Assembly (NCBI GenBank): GCA_964588875.1
Contig: CAZPRE010000001.1
Location: forward strand, 1 to 46,131
Origin: an uncultured Sulfurimonas sp.
GTDB taxonomy: Bacteria; Campylobacterota; Campylobacteria; Campylobacterales; Sulfurimonadaceae
Reading direction: 5' to 3'
Length of the DNA: 46,131 bases
The position numbers and the translations under genes were made by a program. Positions 26,399 through 35,099 of the stretch are shown here, one piece after another (positions within the stretch are counted from its first letter, which is position 1; every line of letters starts with the position of its first letter). A model generated the notes under the pieces. The model made no database searches. It had not been told where the DNA came from and worked only from the letters and a program-made list of their open reading frames with translations.

Positions 26399-27517
26399 CT
26401 AAAACTTCCATGTCAAACGCAGCCATAAAAAGTCTTCAACCGCTTTTTTTCCAAATTCACTAAGAGTGTCTCCACTATTAATATTGTAAGATAAATCAAT
26501 GTTAATATTGTTTTTAAAGAGATAGCCAAAGCCTATTTTATTTTGCATAGAGTAGTCTTGCAGGTTGAGCATATTTTTATAATAGAGACTAAAGTATAAA
26601 ATATCAAAAGGCTCTTTTTGCGTAAAAAGAGAGATGGCGTAATCTTTTGCTAAAAATGGAAGATTTAAATTACTGCTCTGTATCTGCTCTTTATTAAGAG
26701 CGTCTGAGCGGTAGATATATTCACTTATGATTGTAAGTTCAAAGTCACTTAGATAACGAAGACCTAAGAGATACCTATCTCCTTCATCTAAAATATTTGC
26801 ATACTCCCCATGAATCTCAAAGTTTGTTTGTAGGTTTTTAGAGAAGTCTATCCCTATCTTATTACTAGCCTCATCAGAGTAGTTATATATAATATCTATA
26901 TCGGTATCATACAAGAGCATATATAAACGCAATGCTGCATTATTGGAGTCCTTAGCTGGTGTAACTACATCATAGTAGTCACTGTTGATATCTTGACTAG
27001 ATGGCAGATAAACAAGGTCTAAACTTAGGTTTTTAAGAACAGAGCTAAAACTTTTGTTATAGCTATACTTCGTTATAACGAAACCCTCTCTCGCCTTTGT
27101 TGGGTCATTTGGGTCTTTGGGTCTATCAAAAAATGCAACTGGGTTAAAAAAATACCCTTTTCCCCACATCAAGGACTCTTTGCCAATTAAAACTGAGTGG
27201 TTTACGTTAAGTTGCGCTTCAAGATAGAGGTCATTTACAGAGAATTTATTCTCTTTCAAAGTATTTTCTACATAGTCATAAGTAGTAATAAATGAAGAGT
27301 AAACTTTAAACGCCTCATAGCTGTAAGAGAAATCAAAAAGAGCCTCTAAATGAAGATAGTTTTGATACTCATCTGCGTTTAAATGTTGCGCCTTATCATC
27401 CAAACGCAGGTAACCTCTATATTCATAAGGCTTTTGTTCTATTGCACTCATATCAAAATCGTACTCATCCGCGTTTAAGGCAATTACAAAGAGAAGAAGA
27501 AGTGCTATTTTTTTCAT
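26399..27517 (-). CDS. Probable outer-membrane beta-barrel protein (DUF1302-like)
   Basis: Signal peptide; GK....WGKGYFFNP; aromatic-rich strands; C-terminal LTWKF. Confidence 0.65.
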   Translation of the reverse strand: MKKIALLLLFVIALNADEYDFDMSAIEQKPYEYRGYLRLDDKAQHLNADEYQNYLHLEALFDFSYSYEAFKVYSSFITTYDYVENTLKENKFSVNDLYLEAQLNVNHSVLIGKESLMWGKGYFFNPVAFFDRPKDPNDPTKAREGFVITKYSYNKSFSSVLKNLSLDLVYLPSSQDINSDYYDVVTPAKDSNNAALRLYMLLYDTDIDIIYNYSDEASNKIGIDFSKNLQTNFEIHGEYANILDEGDRYLLGLRYLSDFELTIISEYIYRSDALNKEQIQSSNLNLPFLAKDYAISLFTQKEPFDILYFSLYYKNMLNLQDYSMQNKIGFGYLFKNNINIDLSYNINSGDTLSEFGKKAVEDFLWLRLTWKF

Positions 27518-27522
27518 GAAAA

Positions 27523-28236
27523 TTAGCGTCTTAAATCTGAAGCTTTTTCAAGATTATCAAGAGTAAAATCCTCATCTACAAACTCTTTTTTAGTAATCTT
27601 TGCATAAATCATAATCGACTTATAGCCCTTATACATAGGTGAATTCGTCTCAATTACTGATGGACGAATTATCCCATCGCCAAAATCTTTTGGCTTTTTA
27701 TAATAAAGTGTTTTAATAAGCATCTGAGTTGAAGTATAACACTCTATCTGTATAGGCGAGAGACTCTTTTTATCTACTTGCATAAGGAGTTTGTCATAAG
27801 ATACCGTCTCATTTTTAGCTTTTAATTCTAAAAGCAGGTATTCACCCTTGTCTTCTTCTTTTACAACGCCATACTCTGTAGAAAAATCGAGTCTCATAAT
27901 GTCCGCATTGTTAAATACTCCACCAACAACGGACTGCATTGAGGTGATACGCAAAGGACGACCTACATTTGGAATGTAAAGCCACATATTATCGCCTAAA
28001 CGCAGTGTCGCTCTTCCTTTTTCGCTGTCGGGTTCTAAAAAAAGAGAGACCATCTTGTCCTTGTCTTTTTTTGCTTGAAAAAGTAAGAACTCTTTTTTTT
28101 CTCCATCGGGTTCTATGTTTATAAGTTTTTTGTACATCACGGCAGAGACAGGAGTTAGTTTTCTATCTATCTCTTGGAGTATGTTCGCCGCGTTTAAAAG
28201 TACTCCAAACACAAGTAACAGGGTAAATATTTTCAT
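27523..28236 (-). CDS. Outer-membrane lipoprotein-sorting (LolA-like) protein
   Basis: F.EP.SEKGRATLR.GDNMWLYIP, GGVFNNAD. Confidence 0.8.
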   Translation of the reverse strand: MKIFTLLLVFGVLLNAANILQEIDRKLTPVSAVMYKKLINIEPDGEKKEFLLFQAKKDKDKMVSLFLEPDSEKGRATLRLGDNMWLYIPNVGRPLRITSMQSVVGGVFNNADIMRLDFSTEYGVVKEEDKGEYLLLELKAKNETVSYDKLLMQVDKKSLSPIQIECYTSTQMLIKTLYYKKPKDFGDGIIRPSVIETNSPMYKGYKSIMIYAKITKKEFVDEDFTLDNLEKASDLRR

Positions 28237-28245
28237 TTCTTTCTC

Positions 28246-29484
28246 CTAGTTTTGTCTTAGTGCATCGACAGGGTTCAGTTTTGCCGCTTTTCTCGCTGGT
28301 GAGATAGAGGCTATTAAAGATATTAAAATTACTATCACTCCAACAACTAAGACCTCATTGAAACTCAAAGTAGGATTAAGAGTCAAGCTAGCTTGTCTAC
28401 CAAAGGAGAAACTAATACCGACCGCGTTTATAACGAAAATCACAATAAAAGAGAGTATGCTTCCCACTATTGCACCAAAGACACCTAGCATCAAACCCTC
28501 TGTTAAAAAAAGCTTTGTAATCGTTGATGGAGTAGTACCCATTGCCGCAATAGTTCCAATCTCCTTAATGCGCTCATAAACACTCATTACCATTACATTT
28601 AAGATGGAAATCAGAACTATTGATATTAGAATAATTTTAATAGATATGTCCATAATATTTAACATCTTTACTATGTTATAAAAAGGGCTTAGCTTCTGCC
28701 AAGTGTGTACTTCAAAAACTGGCTTATCCTTTTGGTTTTTCATCTGAGCGAGTGGTTTTAGTAAGCCCATCGCTTTTTGCAGATTTACTACATCTTTTAA
28801 ACGAATCACCACTTCACTCACTTCTGGTTTTTTCAAACGTAGTAGCTTTTTAACATCCTTTATATGAATATAACTATCTCGTCCACCCGGTCCCGATATT
28901 GGCTCTATAGTTCCAGCCACCTTGAAGTTCATACCATTGACTGAACCCTTTTGGTTTGTTGCGACAAGGACTACCGTATCATCTTTTTTAACTTTCATAC
29001 CCTTGGCAACTAATGCAGGAACTAATATTTCACCCTCTTTGAGTGAATCCGTATCTCCACCTGAGAGACGAGAAGAAAATAAAGGCAGAGTTTGAGACTC
29101 TTTTTGTGGATCAATTCCATTTAATCTTATCCCTGTCGAGGCTACATAGTTTGAGAACATTGAGCCGAGTTTAAGACGAAAAGTATAAGACTCTATGTAT
29201 GGGTTTTCATCAAGTAACTGAGTAATTTTTTCTATCTGTTTGGCATTAAGATTTTTATCAAGTGGAAGATTATCAACCGAGGCTATATAACCCTTTTTAT
29301 GAATTTGGATATGCCCAAGCATTGAGTCTGTAACTTGACCAACCATATATGCTTTAAAGCTTCCAGAAAGAGCTGCATAAATTAAAACGAACATAACCCC
29401 TATGGTGATAAGGCTCGCTGTTAAAACCGTTCTACGACCACTTCTAAGTAGGTTTCTAAATGACATTTTAATTATATTTTTCAT
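28246..29484 (-). CDS. ABC transporter permease, LolE/FtsX/MacB family
   Basis: FRNLLRSGRRT.LT, SVYERIKEIGT..AMG, PARKAAKLNPVDALR. Confidence 0.9.
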   Translation of the reverse strand: MKNIIKMSFRNLLRSGRRTVLTASLITIGVMFVLIYAALSGSFKAYMVGQVTDSMLGHIQIHKKGYIASVDNLPLDKNLNAKQIEKITQLLDENPYIESYTFRLKLGSMFSNYVASTGIRLNGIDPQKESQTLPLFSSRLSGGDTDSLKEGEILVPALVAKGMKVKKDDTVVLVATNQKGSVNGMNFKVAGTIEPISGPGGRDSYIHIKDVKKLLRLKKPEVSEVVIRLKDVVNLQKAMGLLKPLAQMKNQKDKPVFEVHTWQKLSPFYNIVKMLNIMDISIKIILISIVLISILNVMVMSVYERIKEIGTIAAMGTTPSTITKLFLTEGLMLGVFGAIVGSILSFIVIFVINAVGISFSFGRQASLTLNPTLSFNEVLVVGVIVILISLIASISPARKAAKLNPVDALRQN

Positions 29485-30167
29485 GACGCGACCCTTCTGT
29501 CATCAATTATCACCCCATCAACGATTGTTATTATTCTATCAACTGCGGTTACAATATTTTCATCATGCGTTGCAAAAATAAAAGTAGTGTTAAACTCCTG
29601 CTGAATACTACGCATAAGAGTAATGATTTGATTTGAAGTTTTAGTATCTAAGTTTGCTGTTGGCTCATCCGCAAAAACAATTTTTGGTTTTGTTACAAGT
29701 GCTCGTGCAATTGCAACACGTTGGCGTTGACCGCCTGAGAGTTGATCTGGAAACTTATCTTTTTGATCAAGCATATCTACATCTTTAAGAAGTTGCATTA
29801 TGCGAGTATCTCGCTCCTCTTTTGGAAGATTTTGAATCATTATGAGAGGGTATTCTATGTTTTCATACACGTTTAAAACAGGTATGAGGTTAAAGCTTTG
29901 AAATATAAAGCCAATATTTTTTCCTCTAAAGTTTGCAAGTGCAGTAGTGTCAAGTTGTGTTACATCCGTACCCTCAACGACAATTTTTCCGCTACTTGGT
30001 TTATCAAGACAACCAAGTAGATTTAAAACGGTACTTTTCCCGCTTCCACTTGGTCCCACTATGGCTACAAACTCACCATGAGATATTTCTAGGTTTAAAT
30101 CTTTAATAACCCTTAGGTCAACCTCACCCATCTTATAGACTTTTGTCACATGTTCGTTTGTAATCAT
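29481..30167 (-). CDS. ABC transporter ATP-binding protein, LolD/MacB-type
   Basis: GPSGSGKST, LSGGQRQRVAIARAL, ADEPTANLD. Start probably MITNEH (AAGG RBS); alternative 30185. Confidence 0.92.
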   Translation of the reverse strand: MITNEHVTKVYKMGEVDLRVIKDLNLEISHGEFVAIVGPSGSGKSTVLNLLGCLDKPSSGKIVVEGTDVTQLDTTALANFRGKNIGFIFQSFNLIPVLNVYENIEYPLIMIQNLPKEERDTRIMQLLKDVDMLDQKDKFPDQLSGGQRQRVAIARALVTKPKIVFADEPTANLDTKTSNQIITLMRSIQQEFNTTFIFATHDENIVTAVDRIITIVDGVIIDDRRVAS

Positions 30168-30224
30168 AGTAGAAGCCTTTTTCATAAACCTATCTTACAA
30201 TCATTCTACACCTTCAAGATTAAA

Positions 30225-30465
30225 TAAGCGTTAACCTCCTAAGAATCATGTCTGCAACAGTTGGGCAAGAGGCTCCTCTTTTAGGGAAAAAATTTTTATA
30301 GTTTTCTCCCTTTGATTCACTCGTGAACTCTAAAACGGCAGCAAAGTCTTCCTGGTCAAGCTTTTCAATAATACTGGTTGATTTATTCTTCTCATAATCA
30401 AAACGCTTAGTAATATATGCATACTTAAATGCTCATTCGCTGATATATCTTGAAGAAAAAAGGGA
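30225..30465 (-). pseudogene. hipA: HipA-family kinase toxin remnant with an internal deletion
   Basis: ISANEHLSM joined out of frame to YAYITKRFD...KLDQEDFAAVL...KGENYK. NEHL.M, YITKRFD and QEDF are HipA motifs. Confidence 0.75.
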
Positions 30466-30595
30466 AGAGATATTGAGAATGAAAAGGCTTACTTCTTAGA
30501 GGAAGAGTTACAGAAATATTTTTTGAAGATGGAGATTCAATATAGGATTGAATATATGTAAAGCTATATGTTAAATTATCATTCTTAATATTAAC

Positions 30596-32335
30596 TTAAT
30601 AGCTTATTTGATCTCTGCCATTCTCTTTTGACTTATACAATAGATTATCAACTCTTTTAAAAATACCATCAATTTTTTCATCGTTTTGCATCTCTACTAC
30701 TCCAAGACTTATTGTCAACTTTGATACATGCTCAAAAGAGTGTTCTCCAACTTCTGCTTTGAGTCTGTTTGCAAAATATTTTGCATCTTCGAGTGCTGTA
30801 TTTGGAAGTATAATTAAAAACTCCTCCCCTCCATATCTACCTACTATATCTGTCTCCCTAAGACTGTTTTTTACAAGAGAGGAGAGTGTAGCCAAAATTA
30901 CATCTCCTACATCATGTCCGTGAACATCGTTAACCTTTTTAAAAAAATCAATATCGTACATTATCACACTAAGAGGAGTCTTATACCTCTTCGCCCTACT
31001 CATTTCTATAGACAAAAGCTTCATCAAGGAGTATCTGTTATGCAGGCCCGTAAGTGCATCGGTAGTTGCTAAAACCTCGAGATCATCTTTTATTTTTTCA
31101 AGCTCTGCCGTTCTTTGTATAACTTTGAGCTCCAATGTTTCATTTAAATTACTCAACTCATCACTTTTTTGCTTGAGGTTTTTTTCATAACCAGAAAAAC
31201 TCTTTCTTAACTTTTTTGTAATGTAGTAAGAGAGGAGTAATGCAAAAAATATACTAAAAATGGCCAAATAAACAATATTTTTAGACTTTGCATAAAAAAT
31301 ATCATATATATCAACTTTCTCTTGTGAAAGTTTTGCCTCTATATCTGAGAGATAAAATCCACTTCCAACTATCCAATCACTATTCTTCACTCTTTGGATA
31401 TAGGAGTATTTTTCTTCCATAATATTAGTTTCAATATTTTTCCATTTATATGTTAAAGAGCTACTCTTTTTATCTTTTATCAACTTCGAAATATCATTTA
31501 TAGTATCTTCAAAAGCTTGATTGTCTATTTCAGAGATATTTTTTCCTACCAAAGTTGGAATAGACCTATTTAATAATATATCTCCATTTTCATTAAAGAT
31601 AAAGACATAGTGACTGTCTATCATATCTATTTTTTTAATAGTTGAAAGAAGTGCTTTGTTTGTTTTTTTAGTTGCCGTATCTAAATACTCGGCAGAACCA
31701 AAATACCAATTGTAATGTCCAAATGCTTTGACAAAAGCAACCTGTTCATACTGCTCATTAGTCTCTTCATTAGGCTTAGTAAATGTATCCCACAAGAAAC
31801 CTTCACCTTTTTCTTTTGTTATGGCTATCTCTTCTTGTATAATATAACGTCCTGTTGCATCTTGAAGATTCATAATAGATGACCCCTCTAGCTTTTTCAA
31901 ATATACTGGTGCAAGCTGAAATACTCCATCAAAATTTACTATCCATATAAAACTCTCTGAATCGTTCCAAACTAAAGGTTGCAATGAGGTTTTAATAAGC
32001 TCTTTAATCTCTTTTGGTGATTTAGAGTCTTTGTATTTTTCATATAAGCTATTTGCTATTTTATATGCTTCTTCAACACGACTACGTACACGATATTTTA
32101 AATCTTTTTTAATAATTGATTTTTTATACTCTATAAGATCTGCAATATTTTCTATTTTATGTCGGAGCATCTCTTTTTCAATCTTGAAAATATTTTCTTC
32201 TGTAATTTTAAGACTTTCTTCCAAACTCTGAGTGTAGGTTTGTATTGTTATGAGTAGGATAATACCTATGAGAAGAGGGATAAATACAAGTGGTCCATAT
32301 GTAATAGTTTTAAGAAATAAATTTTCTTTATACAA
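30596..32335 (-). CDS. Cache-domain sensor diguanylate cyclase
   Basis: TM - two Cache repeats - TM - coiled coil - DALTGL.NR, DID.FK.VND.HGH..GD, I-site RETD, GGEEF. Confidence 0.92.
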   Translation of the reverse strand: MYKENLFLKTITYGPLVFIPLLIGIILLITIQTYTQSLEESLKITEENIFKIEKEMLRHKIENIADLIEYKKSIIKKDLKYRVRSRVEEAYKIANSLYEKYKDSKSPKEIKELIKTSLQPLVWNDSESFIWIVNFDGVFQLAPVYLKKLEGSSIMNLQDATGRYIIQEEIAITKEKGEGFLWDTFTKPNEETNEQYEQVAFVKAFGHYNWYFGSAEYLDTATKKTNKALLSTIKKIDMIDSHYVFIFNENGDILLNRSIPTLVGKNISEIDNQAFEDTINDISKLIKDKKSSSLTYKWKNIETNIMEEKYSYIQRVKNSDWIVGSGFYLSDIEAKLSQEKVDIYDIFYAKSKNIVYLAIFSIFFALLLSYYITKKLRKSFSGYEKNLKQKSDELSNLNETLELKVIQRTAELEKIKDDLEVLATTDALTGLHNRYSLMKLLSIEMSRAKRYKTPLSVIMYDIDFFKKVNDVHGHDVGDVILATLSSLVKNSLRETDIVGRYGGEEFLIILPNTALEDAKYFANRLKAEVGEHSFEHVSKLTISLGVVEMQNDEKIDGIFKRVDNLLYKSKENGRDQISY

Positions 32336-32377
32336 AATAAATCCTATAATACTTTCTTATATTATAACTTATTAATG

Positions 32378-34039
32378 TCAGATTTTTGTAAGATTACTCT
32401 TGATAACATCAGCCACCCTAAATGAGTTAGCATAAATCGTCCAAGTGTAAGGGACACTTCCTCCCGTAGGCATAAAGGAAGCATCGCTAATATAGAGGTT
32501 TTCTAGGTCATGTGCCTTACAGTTTTTATCTAGTACGGAGGTTTTTGGATTCTCTCCAAACCTACACCCTCCAGCAACTAAATTTGGTGGAGGGGAAGCT
32601 GAAATACTCATGCTAATATCCTCTGCTCCCATCTCTTCTAAAACCTTCACAGCATTTTTTGCTAAGTGCGTTCCAACTTTCACATCTTGTGGATGTCCCC
32701 AAAGATTAATCGCTCCTACGCTCACTCCAAACTTATCTTTTGAGTCTTTATCTATACTTATAAAACACTCATCAGTTGGTAACCAATCATTAAAGACCTC
32801 AAAACTCAGCACTCTTGAAGTAGTAAGGCTCTTGTGAATTTTGTTTTTTAACTCTTCACCCCAAATAATCTCACCCTCATCATTGTAAAACTCTCTTGTA
32901 GCTCGACTTATGATGTTGGCATGCTCAAATAAGAAGTCTATCGTTCCACCTTTATAGCGTTTACCTTTGTCTTCATAGTCATACCAATCTTGCAGACTTC
33001 TATTAAAGAAGAGTCCGGGTTGCATAAGTTGTTCTTGTTGCACTTTTGTAAGCGTGTTGAAGTTAAATCTTCCCTGACCTGAACCACCAGCAGAGAAGAT
33101 AAGATTTTTACCAACTTCTCCACTAGAATTTGCCATACCATTTGGGAAAAACTTATTACTAGAGTTGAGGAGTAGACGCGATGTCTCAATGGCTTGAGCT
33201 GATAATACAAATATATTAGCTTCAATAGTTTGAGTTTTCAAATCTTTATCATAATAATACACTTTAGTTATCTTACTTTTATCGCTGTCTATCTTATATA
33301 CAAAAGCCTCTGTAATGATTTTAGCCGAGCATTTTTGAAGTAGTGCAGCTCTCGCACTTCCCTTTGCTCCGGTTGCACATCCATAAGATCCACAGAAGTT
33401 TGAATATGCACAGCCCTTTCTGCCAAGAGCATTAACAGGTAGAACTGCTCGCGGTGTTTGAATAGACTCAAAGCCTAACTTTTTACAAGAAGCATCAAAC
33501 CAAGATGTCACCGCGTTTACTTCTAGTGCAGAGTAAGGAAACGATGGAGTTGAACGAGGTTCCGCAAACTTATGTTTACTTACAACGCCACTTACTCCAA
33601 CAACCCTTTCAACTTGTTCATAGTAAGGTTCTAAATCTTCATAGCTAATAGCCCAGTCGATAACATTTGCACCCTCGACCTTGCCGTAAGTAGAGAGAAG
33701 TTTAAAATCATTTGGCTTCATTCTATGAAAGTATCCACTCATAAGATTTGATGAACCGCCTACCATGGAACCGTTCCAAAAATTCCAAGAGTACTCAGCT
33801 CCATCGTAACGAGTAGTACTTCCATCTTTTTCTCTATCGTAAATGATATGGCGTTCATCTTTTAAAAGTGGTGTAAATTTCTCATGTCGTGAGACTGCGA
33901 GTTCATCTTTTGAAAAATCTTTCTCAGAGTAGTTTTTTCCCTTTTCTAAAACAACTACGTTAAACCCTGCGTTTGAGAGCTCATAAGCGATAGGTGAACC
34001 ACCTGCTCCACTTCCAACTATGCATACATCATATTTCAT
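32378..34039 (-). CDS. GMC-family FAD oxidoreductase (gluconate/glucose dehydrogenase alpha-subunit-like) with an Fe-S cysteine motif
   Basis: True start MKYDVCIVGSGAGG at 34039 (ATGA overlap). VGGSS, C-x5-C-x4-C, AIETSRLLL.S, G.CRFG..P..SV.D, NLY.SDAS.MP. Confidence 0.9.
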   Translation of the reverse strand: MKYDVCIVGSGAGGSPIAYELSNAGFNVVVLEKGKNYSEKDFSKDELAVSRHEKFTPLLKDERHIIYDREKDGSTTRYDGAEYSWNFWNGSMVGGSSNLMSGYFHRMKPNDFKLLSTYGKVEGANVIDWAISYEDLEPYYEQVERVVGVSGVVSKHKFAEPRSTPSFPYSALEVNAVTSWFDASCKKLGFESIQTPRAVLPVNALGRKGCAYSNFCGSYGCATGAKGSARAALLQKCSAKIITEAFVYKIDSDKSKITKVYYYDKDLKTQTIEANIFVLSAQAIETSRLLLNSSNKFFPNGMANSSGEVGKNLIFSAGGSGQGRFNFNTLTKVQQEQLMQPGLFFNRSLQDWYDYEDKGKRYKGGTIDFLFEHANIISRATREFYNDEGEIIWGEELKNKIHKSLTTSRVLSFEVFNDWLPTDECFISIDKDSKDKFGVSVGAINLWGHPQDVKVGTHLAKNAVKVLEEMGAEDISMSISASPPPNLVAGGCRFGENPKTSVLDKNCKAHDLENLYISDASFMPTGGSVPYTWTIYANSFRVADVIKSNLTKI

Positions 34040-34524
34040 AAAAGTGCCTTTGTTGGTCTTGGTTCGCCCATAGAAAACTCTAGCCATTTATGTGCTTTTT
34101 CTTCAGAGTTTACTCCATATACTTTATCACTGAAAATGGCTTCCATTGTATATGTTAAGAGAGCAGATATCCATGATTCTCCCCAGTTTTCCCCAGAGAT
34201 GATTTTAAGTACGCTCTGTCTTTGTTTTGAATTTAGCTTTGAGTAAACGCGGTCATATTTTAAAACAGCCTCTTCATTAAGCCACTGCACTCCATTTCTT
34301 AAAAATTGTTTATCTTCATCACTAATTCGAGAGTGTTGTTGCACGATTGTAAGGTAAGCTGAGAGATTTACACCAAGTTCATTGGCAAAAGGAAAAAGAT
34401 CAGTTTGAACCAAGTCGAGTGTTTGGGATGGAGATACTGCTCCAAAAACATTACAACCCGACATAATTAAAACAGCACTACTTAAAAAAGAAGCTTTTAA
34501 GAAAGTTCTACGAGAATTTAACAT
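34036..34524 (-). CDS. Tat-signal small subunit, gluconate 2-dehydrogenase subunit 3 family
   Basis: True start MLNSRRTFLK at 34524; possible lipobox MSGC. '..L...QRQ.VL', 'EA.FSD.VYG.N.....W' motifs. Confidence 0.82.
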   Translation of the reverse strand: MLNSRRTFLKASFLSSAVLIMSGCNVFGAVSPSQTLDLVQTDLFPFANELGVNLSAYLTIVQQHSRISDEDKQFLRNGVQWLNEEAVLKYDRVYSKLNSKQRQSVLKIISGENWGESWISALLTYTMEAIFSDKVYGVNSEEKAHKWLEFSMGEPRPTKALL

Positions 34525-34525
34525 A

Positions 34526-34786
34526 TCAATTACACTTACCAGCACCACATTTTGACGATTTTTTCGGAGCTTTTTTATCATCACCACATTTTGAAGCAGC
34601 TTTTTTATCATCACCACATTTAGTAGCCGCTTTTTTACTAGCTCCACATTTACTTGCTGTCTTTTTCATAGAGCTTCCACATTTACCAGCTCCACATTTC
34701 ATATCTGATGCACTAAGAGCAGTCGTTCCCATAGCTACAAACAGTCCTGCACCTAGTAAAAGTGCCGCTAAATTTAACTTTTTCAT
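34526..34786 (-). CDS. Secreted KCG-repeat peptide (HvfA-like low-complexity Cys/Lys protein)
   Basis: AAGGA RBS, Sec signal, then six KCG and a terminal KCN in about 60 residues. Stop lies 1 nt before the next start. Confidence 0.82.
   Translation of the reverse strand: MKKLNLAALLLGAGLFVAMGTTALSASDMKCGAGKCGSSMKKTASKCGASKKAATKCGDDKKAASKCGDDKKAPKKSSKCGAGKCN
34568..34651. repeat. 30-bp-period tandem repeat encoding KCGDDKKA units
   Basis: AGCTTTTTTATCATCACCACATTT exact at 34568 and 34598; degenerate third copy at 34628. Confidence 0.85.
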
Positions 34787-34813
34787 CGTATATCCTTTTG
34801 TTATGTTAAAAGT

Positions 34814-34845
34814 ATTATACGAACTTAGCGTGTAGTCTTTGTGTA
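34814..34845 (-). promoter_or_regulatory. KCG-peptide/GMC operon promoter: same module as the cus promoter
   Basis: Minus strand TACACAAAGACTACACGCTA-N6-TATAAT. 16/20 identical to 20596-20615, with identical spacing to the -10. Confidence 0.75.
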
Positions 34846-34852
34846 TTAGATA

Positions 34853-35047
34853 TTAATAGATCTCTTTTACTCGACCAACTTCTCCACTCATTAAGCGAAC
34901 TTTGATTCCATGTGGATGTTTTTGCGAATTTGTAAGAATATCACGAACAATTCCATCCGTTAAATAACCTGTATCTTGGTCTTGTTTTAAGACTATTGCC
35001 ACGCTCTGTCCATGTTTTATATTTTTTCTCTGAGTAGAATCTAACAT
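34853..35047 (-). CDS. YwbE (DUF2196) family protein
   Basis: IVLKQDQ.TG.LT.G.V.DILTNS..HPHGIKVRL..G.VGRV. Start moved to ATG 35047 (AAGGA RBS). Confidence 0.88.
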   Translation of the reverse strand: MLDSTQRKNIKHGQSVAIVLKQDQDTGYLTDGIVRDILTNSQKHPHGIKVRLMSGEVGRVKEIY

Positions 35048-35099
35048 AATTATTTTCCTTTTAGTGTATAATTCTATCATATAAACAAAAGGCTCTATC

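Noticed and set aside
30196-30226. TACAA-N6-TACAC resembling the copper box on the plus strand
   Set aside because: Weaker match, no correctly spaced -10 and no downstream gene. It is better explained as the reverse of the ABC operon promoter.
34040-34087. ORF-track start of the GMC gene at 34087
   Set aside because: It lies inside the upstream gene. The ATGA-coupled start at 34039 begins the Rossmann motif.
34525-34647. N-terminal extension of the 203-aa ORF with VVMIKKL repeats
   Set aside because: It is an alternative frame of the KCG tandem repeat. The real start is the Tat signal at 34524.
34568-34651. Possible CRISPR array
   Set aside because: Spacers are only 6 nt, the repeats are in-frame coding sequence, and there are no cas genes.
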